NCBI GenBank assembly: GCA_002393065.1
Contig: DGGW01000085.1
Coordinates: 1 to 49,205 of the forward strand
Direction of reading: 5' to 3'
Source: Alphaproteobacteria bacterium UBA3864
GTDB taxonomy: Bacteria; Pseudomonadota; Alphaproteobacteria; CAAGCB01; CAG-977
Length of the DNA stretch: 49,205 bases
The position numbers and the translations under genes were made by a program. The notes under the pieces were generated by a model that had not been told where the DNA came from, searched no databases, and was given only the letters and a program-made list of their open reading frames with translations. Positions 9,117 through 18,402 of this stretch are shown here, in pieces; positions within the stretch are counted from its first letter, which is position 1; every line of letters begins with the position of its first letter.

Positions 9117-10121
9117 ATGGATTTCAACGGCAAATCAATACTGATCACGGGCGGCACCGGATCTTTCGGAAAGAAGTTTATCAAAACGGTTTTAGCGCAA
9201 AATCCCGACGTGAACAGAATCGTCATCTATTCCCGCGACGAATTCAAGCAGTTCATGATGAGCAACATGCCGGAATTCAAGCCGTATTTATCCAAACTGC
9301 GTTTCTTTATCGGCGACGTGCGCGACAAGGAACGCCTGCGCTGGGCGATGGACGGTATCGACTACGTCGTTCACGCCGCTGCTTTGAAGCAGGTCCCCGC
9401 GTGCGAATACAACCCGTTCGAAGCCATTAAAACGAACGTGATGGGCGCGCAGAACGTCATCGACGTCTGTTTGGAAAACAATATTGAAAAAGTCGTCGCC
9501 CTTTCGACGGACAAGGCCAGCTCGCCGATCAACCTGTACGGCGCGACGAAACTGTGCTCGGACAAGCTGTTCATCGCCTCCAACGGCTACCGCGGCGGCA
9601 GAAGAACCCGTCTTTCCGTCGTCCGCTACGGCAACGTCGCCGGTTCGCGCGGTTCCGTCATTCCCTATTGGCAGAAACTGGTTGAAGAAGGCGCGGAATT
9701 CATTCCCGTGACCGATTGTTCGATGACGCGGTTCTGGCTGAAACTGGAGCAGGCGGTCGAAATGGTGCTGAATGCGTTTGAAACCATGCGCGGCGGCGAA
9801 TTGTTCGTCAAAAAGATCCCCTCCATGCGTATGCCGGAACTGGCGAAAGCGATCGCGCCGGATCTGCCGATCAAGGAAGTGGGCATCCGTCCGGGCGAAA
9901 AGATCCACGAACAGATGATTTCCACGGAAGACGCCCGCAACACACTGGAATTCGACACGTACTACATTATTTGTCCGGACGCGCCGTGGTGGGCGAAAAA
10001 TTCGCAAGGCATCGGCGGAAAGCCGGTTCCCGCGGGCTTTTCGTACAGTTCGGGAACGAACACGCAATGGCTCAGCGTCGAAGAAATGCGTCAACTGATT
10101 AAGGAATTGAGCGTTGATTAA
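9117..10121 (+). CDS. pseB: UDP-N-acetylglucosamine 4,6-dehydratase (inverting), PseB/FlaA1-like
   Basis: MDFNGKSILITGGTGSFGKKF...IVIYSRDEFKQ...FFIGDVRDKERL...YGATKLCSDKLF is the PseB/CapD signature. An alternative start at 9102 (ATGA overlap) would add 5 aa. Confidence 0.85.
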   Translation: MDFNGKSILITGGTGSFGKKFIKTVLAQNPDVNRIVIYSRDEFKQFMMSNMPEFKPYLSKLRFFIGDVRDKERLRWAMDGIDYVVHAAALKQVPACEYNPFEAIKTNVMGAQNVIDVCLENNIEKVVALSTDKASSPINLYGATKLCSDKLFIASNGYRGGRRTRLSVVRYGNVAGSRGSVIPYWQKLVEEGAEFIPVTDCSMTRFWLKLEQAVEMVLNAFETMRGGELFVKKIPSMRMPELAKAIAPDLPIKEVGIRPGEKIHEQMISTEDARNTLEFDTYYIICPDAPWWAKNSQGIGGKPVPAGFSYSSGTNTQWLSVEEMRQLIKELSVD

Positions 10122-10177
10122 AAACCTTTTTGCAGATTTATCGAACGGTATAACCAAGTCTTTACGGAACTATAAAA

Positions 10178-11530
10178 ATGAATTTAAAATACAATTTAGA
10201 AAAAGTTAAATTATATTGTTTTTCAAAAATTTTCTTTGAAAAGAGAAGAAAGCATTATCAAAATAAATATGCTTTCTTTTTACAAAAAGACTGTATAAGA
10301 GAAACGCAGAAAAAAATAATAAAAAATATTCAGAAAAAGATAAATAACAATCAAAAAATTTCTGTTTATTTGGTCGCGTATGAAAAGTTGCAATGGGCAT
10401 TCGATACGCTTTATGATGAATTAAAAAAAGACAGTCTTTTTGATCCGAAAGTTCTTGTCCTGAATGCGTGGGAAAGAAAATATGTTGAAAAAGAATCGAC
10501 AAAGGATTTAATAAATTTTTTCAACGATAAGAATTATAGCATTATACGTAAAATAAATAGAAAAAACCTTCCTGATATATTGATTTGTCCCAGACCTGAT
10601 TTCGAACACATCGGGTTAACTTTTTGTCCAGACCAAGTTTATAAGAAATGTTTATTAGTTTATTGCCCCTATATTTGGGTTGTTGAAAACACGAGAGCTG
10701 AACATTTTCACTATTCTAAAGAAATTATGTGTTTTTTCTGGAAAGAGTATTTGCCGAACAAATATCATATCAAATACGACCATCTGAGTTCATTACAAAA
10801 AACGAAACTACTTGTAAACAGTTCTATTATCATTCTGTCTGGTTCCCTTAAAACAGATATGCTAGCTAAAGCAAAAGAAAATTTTCAATACTGGAAACAA
10901 GAAAATACAAAAAAAATCATCTATGCTGTACATTGGTCTTTATACGACAATGTTGTGGCATTTGGAACATTTCATAGATACTACGATAAAATTTATGAGT
11001 ATTTAAAAATAAATCCGGAGATAGAAATGGTTATTTCACCACATCCTTTTTTAAAAAGATTCATCGCAGATAAAGCCTTGCAGGAAAAGTGGGGTGGATC
11101 TTCGTTTCATTTAACGATAAATGAATACAACGATTTTTTGAAAAAATGGAAAGAATTACCGAACGGAAATATTATAGATGATGCCGATTATTTTGGTTTG
11201 TTTAAATCATCAGATGCGATGATTTTAGATTGTATGTCGTTCTTACCCGAATACGGCTCTCTTTTAAAACCAATGTGTTTTTTATCCCGTGAGAAAGACT
11301 GGCATATTTTGCAAAGTAAATTCAATCCGGAAGCAAAAGAATTGTTAAAGACGATTCATATCGCCTACGAATGGGAAGATATTGTTAACTTTATAGAACA
11401 CGTCGTCAAAAAAGACGAATATCCGCAAAAACGGCAACGTGAAGAAGTCGTAAAAAAGTATTTTTCCATCAATGCCGGTCATGTCGGCAAATTTATCAAA
11501 AACGATATCAAAAAGAGCCTGTTGAAATAA
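10178..11530 (+). CDS. Uncharacterised transferase, possibly CDP-glycerol glycerophosphotransferase (TagB/TagF)-like GT-B fold
   Basis: 450-aa ORF in a conspicuously AT-rich segment. It loosely resembles TagF-family motifs (IIYAVHWS, ISPHPF, SDAMILDCMSFLPEY...KPMCFL). The functional call is tentative. Confidence 0.45.
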   Translation: MNLKYNLEKVKLYCFSKIFFEKRRKHYQNKYAFFLQKDCIRETQKKIIKNIQKKINNNQKISVYLVAYEKLQWAFDTLYDELKKDSLFDPKVLVLNAWERKYVEKESTKDLINFFNDKNYSIIRKINRKNLPDILICPRPDFEHIGLTFCPDQVYKKCLLVYCPYIWVVENTRAEHFHYSKEIMCFFWKEYLPNKYHIKYDHLSSLQKTKLLVNSSIIILSGSLKTDMLAKAKENFQYWKQENTKKIIYAVHWSLYDNVVAFGTFHRYYDKIYEYLKINPEIEMVISPHPFLKRFIADKALQEKWGGSSFHLTINEYNDFLKKWKELPNGNIIDDADYFGLFKSSDAMILDCMSFLPEYGSLLKPMCFLSREKDWHILQSKFNPEAKELLKTIHIAYEWEDIVNFIEHVVKKDEYPQKRQREEVVKKYFSINAGHVGKFIKNDIKKSLLK

Positions 11531-11550
11531 CAAGCAAGAAAGGTTCAAAG

Positions 11551-12651
11551 ATGAAAACATACGGATACGGTCATCAAACCATTGATCAAAGCGATATAGA
11601 CGCTGTTATCGAAACATTGCAAAGCGATTACCTGACGTGCGGCCCCGCCGTCAAAGCGTTTGAACGGGCGGTTTGCGATTATACGGATGCGAAATATTGC
11701 GTTGCCGTATCCAATGCCACTGCCGGCTTGCATATCGCAGCATTGGCGGCAGGGCTCGGAAAAGGCGACGAAGGCATTACGACGCCGATCACGTTTCTGT
11801 CTTCCGCCAACTGTATTTGTTTTACCGGAGCAACGCCCGTTTTTGCCGACATTGATCCCGAAACAGCGAATATTAATCCCGCGGAAATTGAAAAGCGCAT
11901 TACGGAAAAGACAAAAGTTCTTATTCCCGTTCATTTCGCAGGGCAGTCCTGCGATATGGAAGCAATTTCAAAAATCGCAAAAAAACGCAATCTGATCGTT
12001 ATTGAGGATGCGGCACACGCAATCGGTTCCGATTATAAAAATACGAAAGTCGGTTCCTGCACGTATTCAGACATGACGGTGTTTTCGTTCCACCCTGTCA
12101 AAACGATCACGACGGGCGAAGGCGGCGCCGTTACGACCAACAGCAAGGAACTGTATGACAAGCTTTGCGCGTTCAGAGCGCACGGTATGCACAAAGACGG
12201 CGACATGGTCAACACCTGGGAATACGAAATGCGGGAGTTGGGGTACAACTACCGCATGACGGATTTTCAGGCGGCTTTGGGAATCAGCCAGCTAAAAAAA
12301 CTGGACGCGTTCAAAGCCCGCCGCCGTGCAATCGTGGCGTATTACAACGAACATCTCGGATTGCCCCATCTGATCGAGCGGGATTTTTCAAACGCGTGTT
12401 TCCATCTGTATCCGGTTCTGATCGACAATCGTCGGGACTTTTACTTTAAAGCCCGCGAAGCCGGATTGAATTTGCAGGTGCATTACATTCCCGTTCACAC
12501 ACAGCCTTATTACGCGCAATACGGATATAAAAAAGGCGATTATCCGAAAGCGGAAAACTACTACGCGCATTGTATTTCCCTGCCGTTGTATCCGGCGTTA
12601 ACGGATGAGGATTTGAAAGAAATTGTCAGAAGGATAAAGGAGATTTTGTAA
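11551..12651 (+). CDS. pseC: UDP-4-amino-4,6-dideoxy-N-acetyl-beta-L-altrosamine transaminase-like (DegT family)
   Basis: 366 aa. Has YGHQTIDQSDIDAVIETLQSDYLTCGP, SNATAGLHIA, and FSFHPVKTITTGEGG (the PLP Lys is present). Confidence 0.85.
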   Translation: MKTYGYGHQTIDQSDIDAVIETLQSDYLTCGPAVKAFERAVCDYTDAKYCVAVSNATAGLHIAALAAGLGKGDEGITTPITFLSSANCICFTGATPVFADIDPETANINPAEIEKRITEKTKVLIPVHFAGQSCDMEAISKIAKKRNLIVIEDAAHAIGSDYKNTKVGSCTYSDMTVFSFHPVKTITTGEGGAVTTNSKELYDKLCAFRAHGMHKDGDMVNTWEYEMRELGYNYRMTDFQAALGISQLKKLDAFKARRRAIVAYYNEHLGLPHLIERDFSNACFHLYPVLIDNRRDFYFKAREAGLNLQVHYIPVHTQPYYAQYGYKKGDYPKAENYYAHCISLPLYPALTDEDLKEIVRRIKEIL

Positions 12652-14504
12652 TGCAAACAACGCCAACGATCGAAGTTGTCATACAAACATACAACCGTGC
12701 AGCATTATTTGAAAGAACCTTACGTTCCGTTTGCGATCAGACGTATCCGGATTTTACGGTCAAGGTTTTCGATAACGGATCGACCGACAATACGAAAGAA
12801 GTATATGAAAATGTTATCAGACAATATCCGGAAAGACGGTTCGAATATAAGCGTTTGAATGAAAATCATTTGGACGATTTCATGATGAAGGAAAAATGTG
12901 ACTTTATCACGGCGGATTACGTCATTGTTTTTCACGACGACGACCTGATGCACCCGCGGTATGTCGAATGCTTAATGAACGTATTAAAAGAGCATCCTGA
13001 TTTGGTTATGTTGGGCGGCAGAATGCGTTCATCGGAGCATCCCGAAGATTTAAAATGGGAAGAGCCTACTGGTAAATGTTGGTTCGGTGACATAAAAAAG
13101 CTAGCAATATGGAATTTTAAAGGAATTTCATTTTCTTACCCTACAATCTGCTATAAATCCTATTGGTATAAAAACACAAAATACAGAATGGATCTTTATG
13201 CGGACAGAGGAATTTTTCCCTTTCTGTTGGATATTGCAAAACACGGAAAAATTTGCGTTCTGCTGGATCATTTTTTGCACTATCGCAGACATCCGGGACA
13301 GGGAGCTGTGATTCTCCCGACACAGGAACAACAAATAAATCTGATAAAAAAGGCGGCGGATATATTGCTTTCCTGCGGAAAAGAAGGCAAAGAGGCGTTA
13401 GAATACGGTTTAAGATCTCTTTTCATTCCAAAGTATATCGATTTTGATTCTTGCGTTTTGAATGATTGGCTGTATTGCAAAATAAGAAAACGGAGCATTA
13501 AAAATTATCTCCGTTTCATCAGATCAAAATTATTAAATATACTAGCAAAGCTTGTTCCGGGGAAACGTTCGTATTTTGAAGAAAAAGCGGAAAAATATTT
13601 AATGAAAGCCAACAAACAGCCCCATATATTGACGAACGAGAGTAATCCAATAATACAACTGATTTGTTTCATAAAATTTAAATGCTATAAGATATTGGCA
13701 ACTCTTATCTTTTGGAAACGGGCATCTTTTGAAAGACGAGCAAAAAAGAATTTTGTAAGGGCAAAAAAACGCATCCGCATATCTGCGGATAAATTCAATC
13801 AAATAAGGGTGATCAATAAAACGGAAGCTCATATAGAGATAAACGTTTCCGGAAAAAACAACAAAATTTATGTGATTTCCGAAAATGAGAGAAGTATTGG
13901 AAAAATAACTGTAGACGTCATTGGAGATAATAATAAAATTTTTATAAGAAATATTACTGCTTTAGGGACGGCGACAATCAAATCTCACGGCAATAACGGA
14001 ATGATCCGTATAAATGGAATGGTCGCAAAAGATAACTTGCTTATTTACAATGGCTATAAACATCTAAAAATTACGGGAGGATGTATATCGATAGGTGAAA
14101 CAGTAAGTGTTGGTTCAAATTGTTTCATTTTTAATCCGCATTCGAATACTCATATAACTATCGGAAAAGATTGTATGCTATCTGACGACATATCCATCCG
14201 CAACACGGACGGACACCCGATTTACGATATTGAAACAAAGAAATGTTTGAACAAGGTCAGGGCCGGAAACGGCATCGACATTGGCGATCACGTTTGGATC
14301 GGACTGGGTGCCACCATTTTGAAAAACGCGGCGATTCCGAATGATTCCATTGTAGGAACGCAGGCCGTCGTTACCAAACGGTTTTCCGAACCGAACAGCG
14401 TCATCGCGGGAAATCCGGCGAAAACCATCAAGCGCAACATCACATGGGTAAAAAAGAACAGCGATTTTCTCGCTCCGGCAAAAGGGGATGAACCATGCCG
14501 CTAG
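12651..14504 (+). CDS. Bifunctional GT2 glycosyltransferase / left-handed beta-helix O-acetyltransferase fusion (paralog A)
   Basis: 617 aa. The N-terminal GT2 domain has VVIQTYNRAALF, FDNGSTDNT and VFHDDDLMHP. A hydrophobic/basic linker follows. The C-terminal hexapeptide-repeat acyltransferase has TDGHPIY, IGDHVWIGLGATILKNAAIPNDSIVG and AGNPAK. Confidence 0.8.
   Translation: MQTTPTIEVVIQTYNRAALFERTLRSVCDQTYPDFTVKVFDNGSTDNTKEVYENVIRQYPERRFEYKRLNENHLDDFMMKEKCDFITADYVIVFHDDDLMHPRYVECLMNVLKEHPDLVMLGGRMRSSEHPEDLKWEEPTGKCWFGDIKKLAIWNFKGISFSYPTICYKSYWYKNTKYRMDLYADRGIFPFLLDIAKHGKICVLLDHFLHYRRHPGQGAVILPTQEQQINLIKKAADILLSCGKEGKEALEYGLRSLFIPKYIDFDSCVLNDWLYCKIRKRSIKNYLRFIRSKLLNILAKLVPGKRSYFEEKAEKYLMKANKQPHILTNESNPIIQLICFIKFKCYKILATLIFWKRASFERRAKKNFVRAKKRIRISADKFNQIRVINKTEAHIEINVSGKNNKIYVISENERSIGKITVDVIGDNNKIFIRNITALGTATIKSHGNNGMIRINGMVAKDNLLIYNGYKHLKITGGCISIGETVSVGSNCFIFNPHSNTHITIGKDCMLSDDISIRNTDGHPIYDIETKKCLNKVRAGNGIDIGDHVWIGLGATILKNAAIPNDSIVGTQAVVTKRFSEPNSVIAGNPAKTIKRNITWVKKNSDFLAPAKGDEPCR
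14186..14497 (+). repeat. Direct repeat copy 1 (312 bp; 3' end of paralog A up to and including the next gene's ATG)
   Basis: Aligns without gaps to 15886-16197 at a fixed 1700-bp offset. My hand count gives 16 mismatches in 312 positions, with perfect runs of 87 and 76 bp. Confidence 0.85.
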
Positions 14505-16198
14505 TGCCGTCATTAGATGTTGTTGTCCTGACCTACAATCGTGCCAAATTGTTTGAAAAATCGTTGCGTTCCGTTTGCGATCAAACGTATCAGGATTTTA
14601 CGGTCAAAGTTTTAAACAACGGGTCGACCGATAACACGGAAGAGGTGTTTAACAAAGTCAAAGCCGAATATCCGCACCATAAGTTTGACTATTTGAATTT
14701 GGGAAAAAACAACCTGGATCAATACTTTATTGACAGAAAAAACGAATTTATCACGGCGGATTATGTCATCGTGTTCCACGATGACGATCTGATGCACCCG
14801 CGGTATGTCGAACATTTAATGAAAATCATACCGGAGCATCCGGAATTCGTTATTTTGGGAGGCAAAACAAAGCCGTCGGAAAATCCGGAAGAATTGGAAT
14901 GGGACGAACCGACGGGGAAGTATATCCACGGCGATATGCGCGATATGGTCAAATGGTATTTTATGGGAGATAGCATGTCCTTTCCCGCGATCTGTTATAA
15001 ATCCGTCTGGTATAAGAATACGAAATACAGAGAGGATTTGTACGGAAACCGCGGGGACTTTCCTTTCCTGATGGACATCGCCGAACACGGAAAAGTCTGC
15101 CGTTTGGAAGACCGTTTTTTGCATTATCGTTTACATAAAGGGCAGGATACGTTTAATTGGCCTTCTATGGACAAGCAAATAAACCTGATCAGAAAAATGG
15201 CGGATGTTCTGCTGAACGGCGATAACGAATGTCAAAATATTTTTTACCGGGAAATAGAAAATGTTTTTATTCCAAACGGTTATATAGATTATAAAACAGC
15301 GCTTTTAAATGATTGGATACGTCTTCCTGAAAAAATTTCAGGAAAGAAAACAAAGACATATAAAATACATCTATTCAAGTCTTACTTATATCGACTGCTT
15401 TCCCTTATTTTTTCGAAAAAAGAACTTTATTTTCTGGAAAAGGCCAAAAGGCATCGTTTGAAATCAAAGAGCCATATAAAAGTATACGCGGATAAATCAA
15501 ACGAAGTCAGAATAAATAAAGCCACGTATTCTGATATTACCGTTAACGTCAACGGAAAGAACAATCAAATCGTCATCTGTTCCGCTGAAGGAACGGGGGA
15601 AATAAACATTGATGTCAAAGGCGATAACAATACGGTATTTATTGGAAAAATATTGAATGTAGGCCCGACAATCATTAATGCATATTGCTCTGACGGAAAA
15701 ATTGAATTGCCGTATATTGTGGTTAATAAAAATCTGACTGTACTCAACGGTGATAAGGAAAATTGCTCAAAAATCACCGGCGGATGCATACGCATCGGCG
15801 AAGGAAGCAATATTCTTGACGCATCCATAACCAATCCCCACTCCGATGCCTACATCAATATAGGAAAAAATTGTCTGTTTTCAAGCGACATATCCGTCCG
15901 CAACACGGACGGCCATCCGATTTACGATATTGAAACAAAGAAATGTTTGAACAAGGTCAGGGCCGGAAACGGCATCGACATTGGCGATCACGTTTGGATC
16001 GGAATGGGTGCCACCATTTTGAAAAACGCGGCGATTCCGAATGATTCCATTGTAGGAACGCAGGCCGTCGTTACCAAACGATTTTCGGAACCGAACAGCG
16101 TCATCGCGGGGAATCCGGCGAAAACGGTCAAACGCAACATCACATGGGCAATCGAAAACGGCGATTTTCTCGCTCCGGCAAAAGGGGATGAACCATGA
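14495..16198 (+). CDS. Bifunctional GT2 glycosyltransferase / beta-helix O-acetyltransferase fusion (paralog B)
   Basis: 567 aa with the same architecture as paralog A. The N-terminal two-thirds is only moderately similar to A. The last ~100 aa are nearly identical. Confidence 0.8.
   Translation: MPLVPSLDVVVLTYNRAKLFEKSLRSVCDQTYQDFTVKVLNNGSTDNTEEVFNKVKAEYPHHKFDYLNLGKNNLDQYFIDRKNEFITADYVIVFHDDDLMHPRYVEHLMKIIPEHPEFVILGGKTKPSENPEELEWDEPTGKYIHGDMRDMVKWYFMGDSMSFPAICYKSVWYKNTKYREDLYGNRGDFPFLMDIAEHGKVCRLEDRFLHYRLHKGQDTFNWPSMDKQINLIRKMADVLLNGDNECQNIFYREIENVFIPNGYIDYKTALLNDWIRLPEKISGKKTKTYKIHLFKSYLYRLLSLIFSKKELYFLEKAKRHRLKSKSHIKVYADKSNEVRINKATYSDITVNVNGKNNQIVICSAEGTGEINIDVKGDNNTVFIGKILNVGPTIINAYCSDGKIELPYIVVNKNLTVLNGDKENCSKITGGCIRIGEGSNILDASITNPHSDAYINIGKNCLFSSDISVRNTDGHPIYDIETKKCLNKVRAGNGIDIGDHVWIGMGATILKNAAIPNDSIVGTQAVVTKRFSEPNSVIAGNPAKTVKRNITWAIENGDFLAPAKGDEP
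15886..16197 (+). repeat. Direct repeat copy 2 (312 bp)
   Basis: See copy 1. Both copies end in aaaggggatgaaccATG, which supplies the start codon of the downstream gene. Confidence 0.85.
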
Positions 16199-16962
16199 AA
16201 ATCGGTTTAAAGCTCTGGTCGATAAATACGGATTTCTATTTAAAAGAGGCCGAACGCCTGTATGACAAAGGCGTCTATGATTATATCGAGCTTTATATCG
16301 TTCCCGAAACATTGGAAACGCTGTCCGCATGGAAAGGACTGAAACGTATCCCGTTCATCATTCACAACCCGCATTTTATGCACGGTTTCAATCTGGCAAA
16401 AACGGAAAAGAAAGAACGCAACAGGGAAATTTACGAACAAACGAAACGCTTTGCCGACGAATTGACCGCAAAGCACATCATCTTTCACGGCGGGATTGAC
16501 GGAAACGTCGAAGAAACGGCGGTACAGCTGGCAAGCTTCAACGAACCGCGCGCGCTGATCGAAAACAAACCTTTTGTCGCTTTGCCGAACCGTATGGGCG
16601 GGCAATTCTGCCGCGGCGCGACGTATGACGAATTAAAGCTGATTATCGAAACGGCAAAATGCGGTTTTTGCTTTGATATCGGGCACGCCGTCTGCTCCGC
16701 CAATTCGCAGAAAAAGGAACCTTACGCGTTTTTGCGCGAATTGATGAGTCTGAAACCGGCGATGTTCCATTTGTCCGACGTTACGGATATGACGTCGCCC
16801 TATGACGCGCATCCGCACTTGGGAACGGGACAGTTGGACATCGCGCGGCTGAAAAGGGAAATCTTCCCCGCCGACGCCGTCATTTCCGTCGAAACGAACA
16901 AAGACAGCAAAGAAACTCTGGACGATTTTGAAAAGGATACGATATGGCTGAAGAATTTATAA
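16195..16962 (+). CDS. Xylose-isomerase-like TIM-barrel protein (sugar phosphate isomerase/epimerase family)
   Basis: 255 aa. The pattern IELYIV...IIHNPHF...IIFHGG...FCFDIGHA...HLSD resembles AP-endonuclease-2/TIM-barrel family metal ligands. Its role in the locus is unknown. Confidence 0.6.
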   Translation: MKIGLKLWSINTDFYLKEAERLYDKGVYDYIELYIVPETLETLSAWKGLKRIPFIIHNPHFMHGFNLAKTEKKERNREIYEQTKRFADELTAKHIIFHGGIDGNVEETAVQLASFNEPRALIENKPFVALPNRMGGQFCRGATYDELKLIIETAKCGFCFDIGHAVCSANSQKKEPYAFLRELMSLKPAMFHLSDVTDMTSPYDAHPHLGTGQLDIARLKREIFPADAVISVETNKDSKETLDDFEKDTIWLKNL

Positions 16963-18401
16963 TCCGTTCGGCTGAACCGCGCGACGTGAAAAACGTCTTT
17001 GAACTGTCGAACGACGATACCGTCCGCGCCATGTCGATCCATCCGGAAAAAATCGAATGGGAAAGCCATGTGAAATGGTTCGAAAACACGCTGAAAAATC
17101 CGGCGGTTCTGTTCTACGTTGCGGAAACGGCGGACGGCGATTTTATCGGTCAGGTGCGTTTTGCCCGTGAAAACGCCGATCGGATCGTCAGCATCAGTCT
17201 GAAAAAAAAATATCGAGGCAAAGGACTGGGAACGGCCCTGTTGAAGCGGGCAATGAAAAAATCGTGTCTGCAAAACTGCGTCGCTTATGTGGAAAAAGGA
17301 AACGTCCCGTCGCAAAAAATGTTCCTTTCTCTCGACTATAAACAGGCCGGAACAACGGAATTGAATAAAAAAGTTTATTTAATGTTTCGATACAGTCCCG
17401 TTTTCATTATTGCGGAGATGTCCGCCAATCATTGCGGCGACAAGGAACTGGCTAAAAAAATCATAGCCAAAGCCAAAGACGCAGGAGCGGATGCCGTTAA
17501 AATCCAAACCTATACGGCGGATACCCTGACCATAGATTGCCATAATCCGGAATTTAAGCTGAACGGCGGATTGTGGGACGGGTATTATCTCTATGATCTC
17601 TACAAAGAAGCTTATATGCCGTGGGAATGGCAGAAAGAATTGAAGGAATACGCGGACAGTATCGGCATTCCTTTGTTTTCGACACCGTTCGATTTCACCG
17701 CCGTCGTTTTTTTGGAAACGCTGAATGTGCCGATGTATAAAATCGCCAGTTTCGAAGCGTTCGACTACCCGCTGATCAAATACGCGGCAAAGCTCGGCAA
17801 ACCGATGATCATTTCCACGGGCGTTTCGTCTTTAGAGGAAATTCAAGGGGCGATCAACGCCTGCAAATCGGTCGGCAACAACGATATCACCCTGTTGAAA
17901 TGCACGTCCGCCTATCCGGCGAAAATCGAAGATATGAACCTGATAACGATCAAAGACATGATCGACCGTTTCGGGCCGCAAGGCGTGAAAATCGGACTGT
18001 CCGACCATTCGATGAGCATCGTTCCGCCGGTCGCCGCCGTCGCGATGGGCGCAAAGGTCATTGAAAAGCATTTCACGCTTGACCGCGCTTTGGGCGGAGC
18101 GGACAGCGGCTTTTCCCTGAACGCGGAGGAATTTGCCGCCATGGTTCAGGCCGTCCGCGATACGGAAAAAGCTTTGGGCAACGCCGATTACACCGTCAAT
18201 GAAACCAACAGGCGGCTGGGACGTTCGCTGTATGTCGTCAAAGACATCAGGGCCGGCGAAAAATTCACCGTCGAAAACGTTCGCTCCATCCGTCCGGCAA
18301 ACGGACTGCATCCGAAATATTACGAGGAAATACTGGGTAAAACCGCCGCGCGCGACCTGCCCTTCGGGACAGCTCTGACATTAAAAGACATTGGAGGATA
18401 A
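16944..18401 (+). CDS. pseI: Fusion of a GNAT N-acetyltransferase (PseH-like) and pseudaminic acid synthase (PseI, NeuB family)
   Basis: 485 aa. Residues ~1-150 are GNAT-like (IGQVRF...YRGKGLGTALL). Residues ~155-485 are NeuB-family (VFIIAEMSANHCGD, AVKIQTY, ISTG, GLSDHS) with a C-terminal SAF-like domain. Confidence 0.85.
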   Translation: MAEEFIIRSAEPRDVKNVFELSNDDTVRAMSIHPEKIEWESHVKWFENTLKNPAVLFYVAETADGDFIGQVRFARENADRIVSISLKKKYRGKGLGTALLKRAMKKSCLQNCVAYVEKGNVPSQKMFLSLDYKQAGTTELNKKVYLMFRYSPVFIIAEMSANHCGDKELAKKIIAKAKDAGADAVKIQTYTADTLTIDCHNPEFKLNGGLWDGYYLYDLYKEAYMPWEWQKELKEYADSIGIPLFSTPFDFTAVVFLETLNVPMYKIASFEAFDYPLIKYAAKLGKPMIISTGVSSLEEIQGAINACKSVGNNDITLLKCTSAYPAKIEDMNLITIKDMIDRFGPQGVKIGLSDHSMSIVPPVAAVAMGAKVIEKHFTLDRALGGADSGFSLNAEEFAAMVQAVRDTEKALGNADYTVNETNRRLGRSLYVVKDIRAGEKFTVENVRSIRPANGLHPKYYEEILGKTAARDLPFGTALTLKDIGG

Positions 18402-18402
18402 G

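Noticed and set aside
9288-10157. 289-aa minus-strand ORF opposite pseB, with similar antisense ORFs at 7114-7842, 8518-8970, 2009-2551 and 16800-17315
   Set aside because: They are shadow frames of well-supported sugar-biosynthesis genes in a strictly co-directional operon. Their composition is atypical and they have no motifs.
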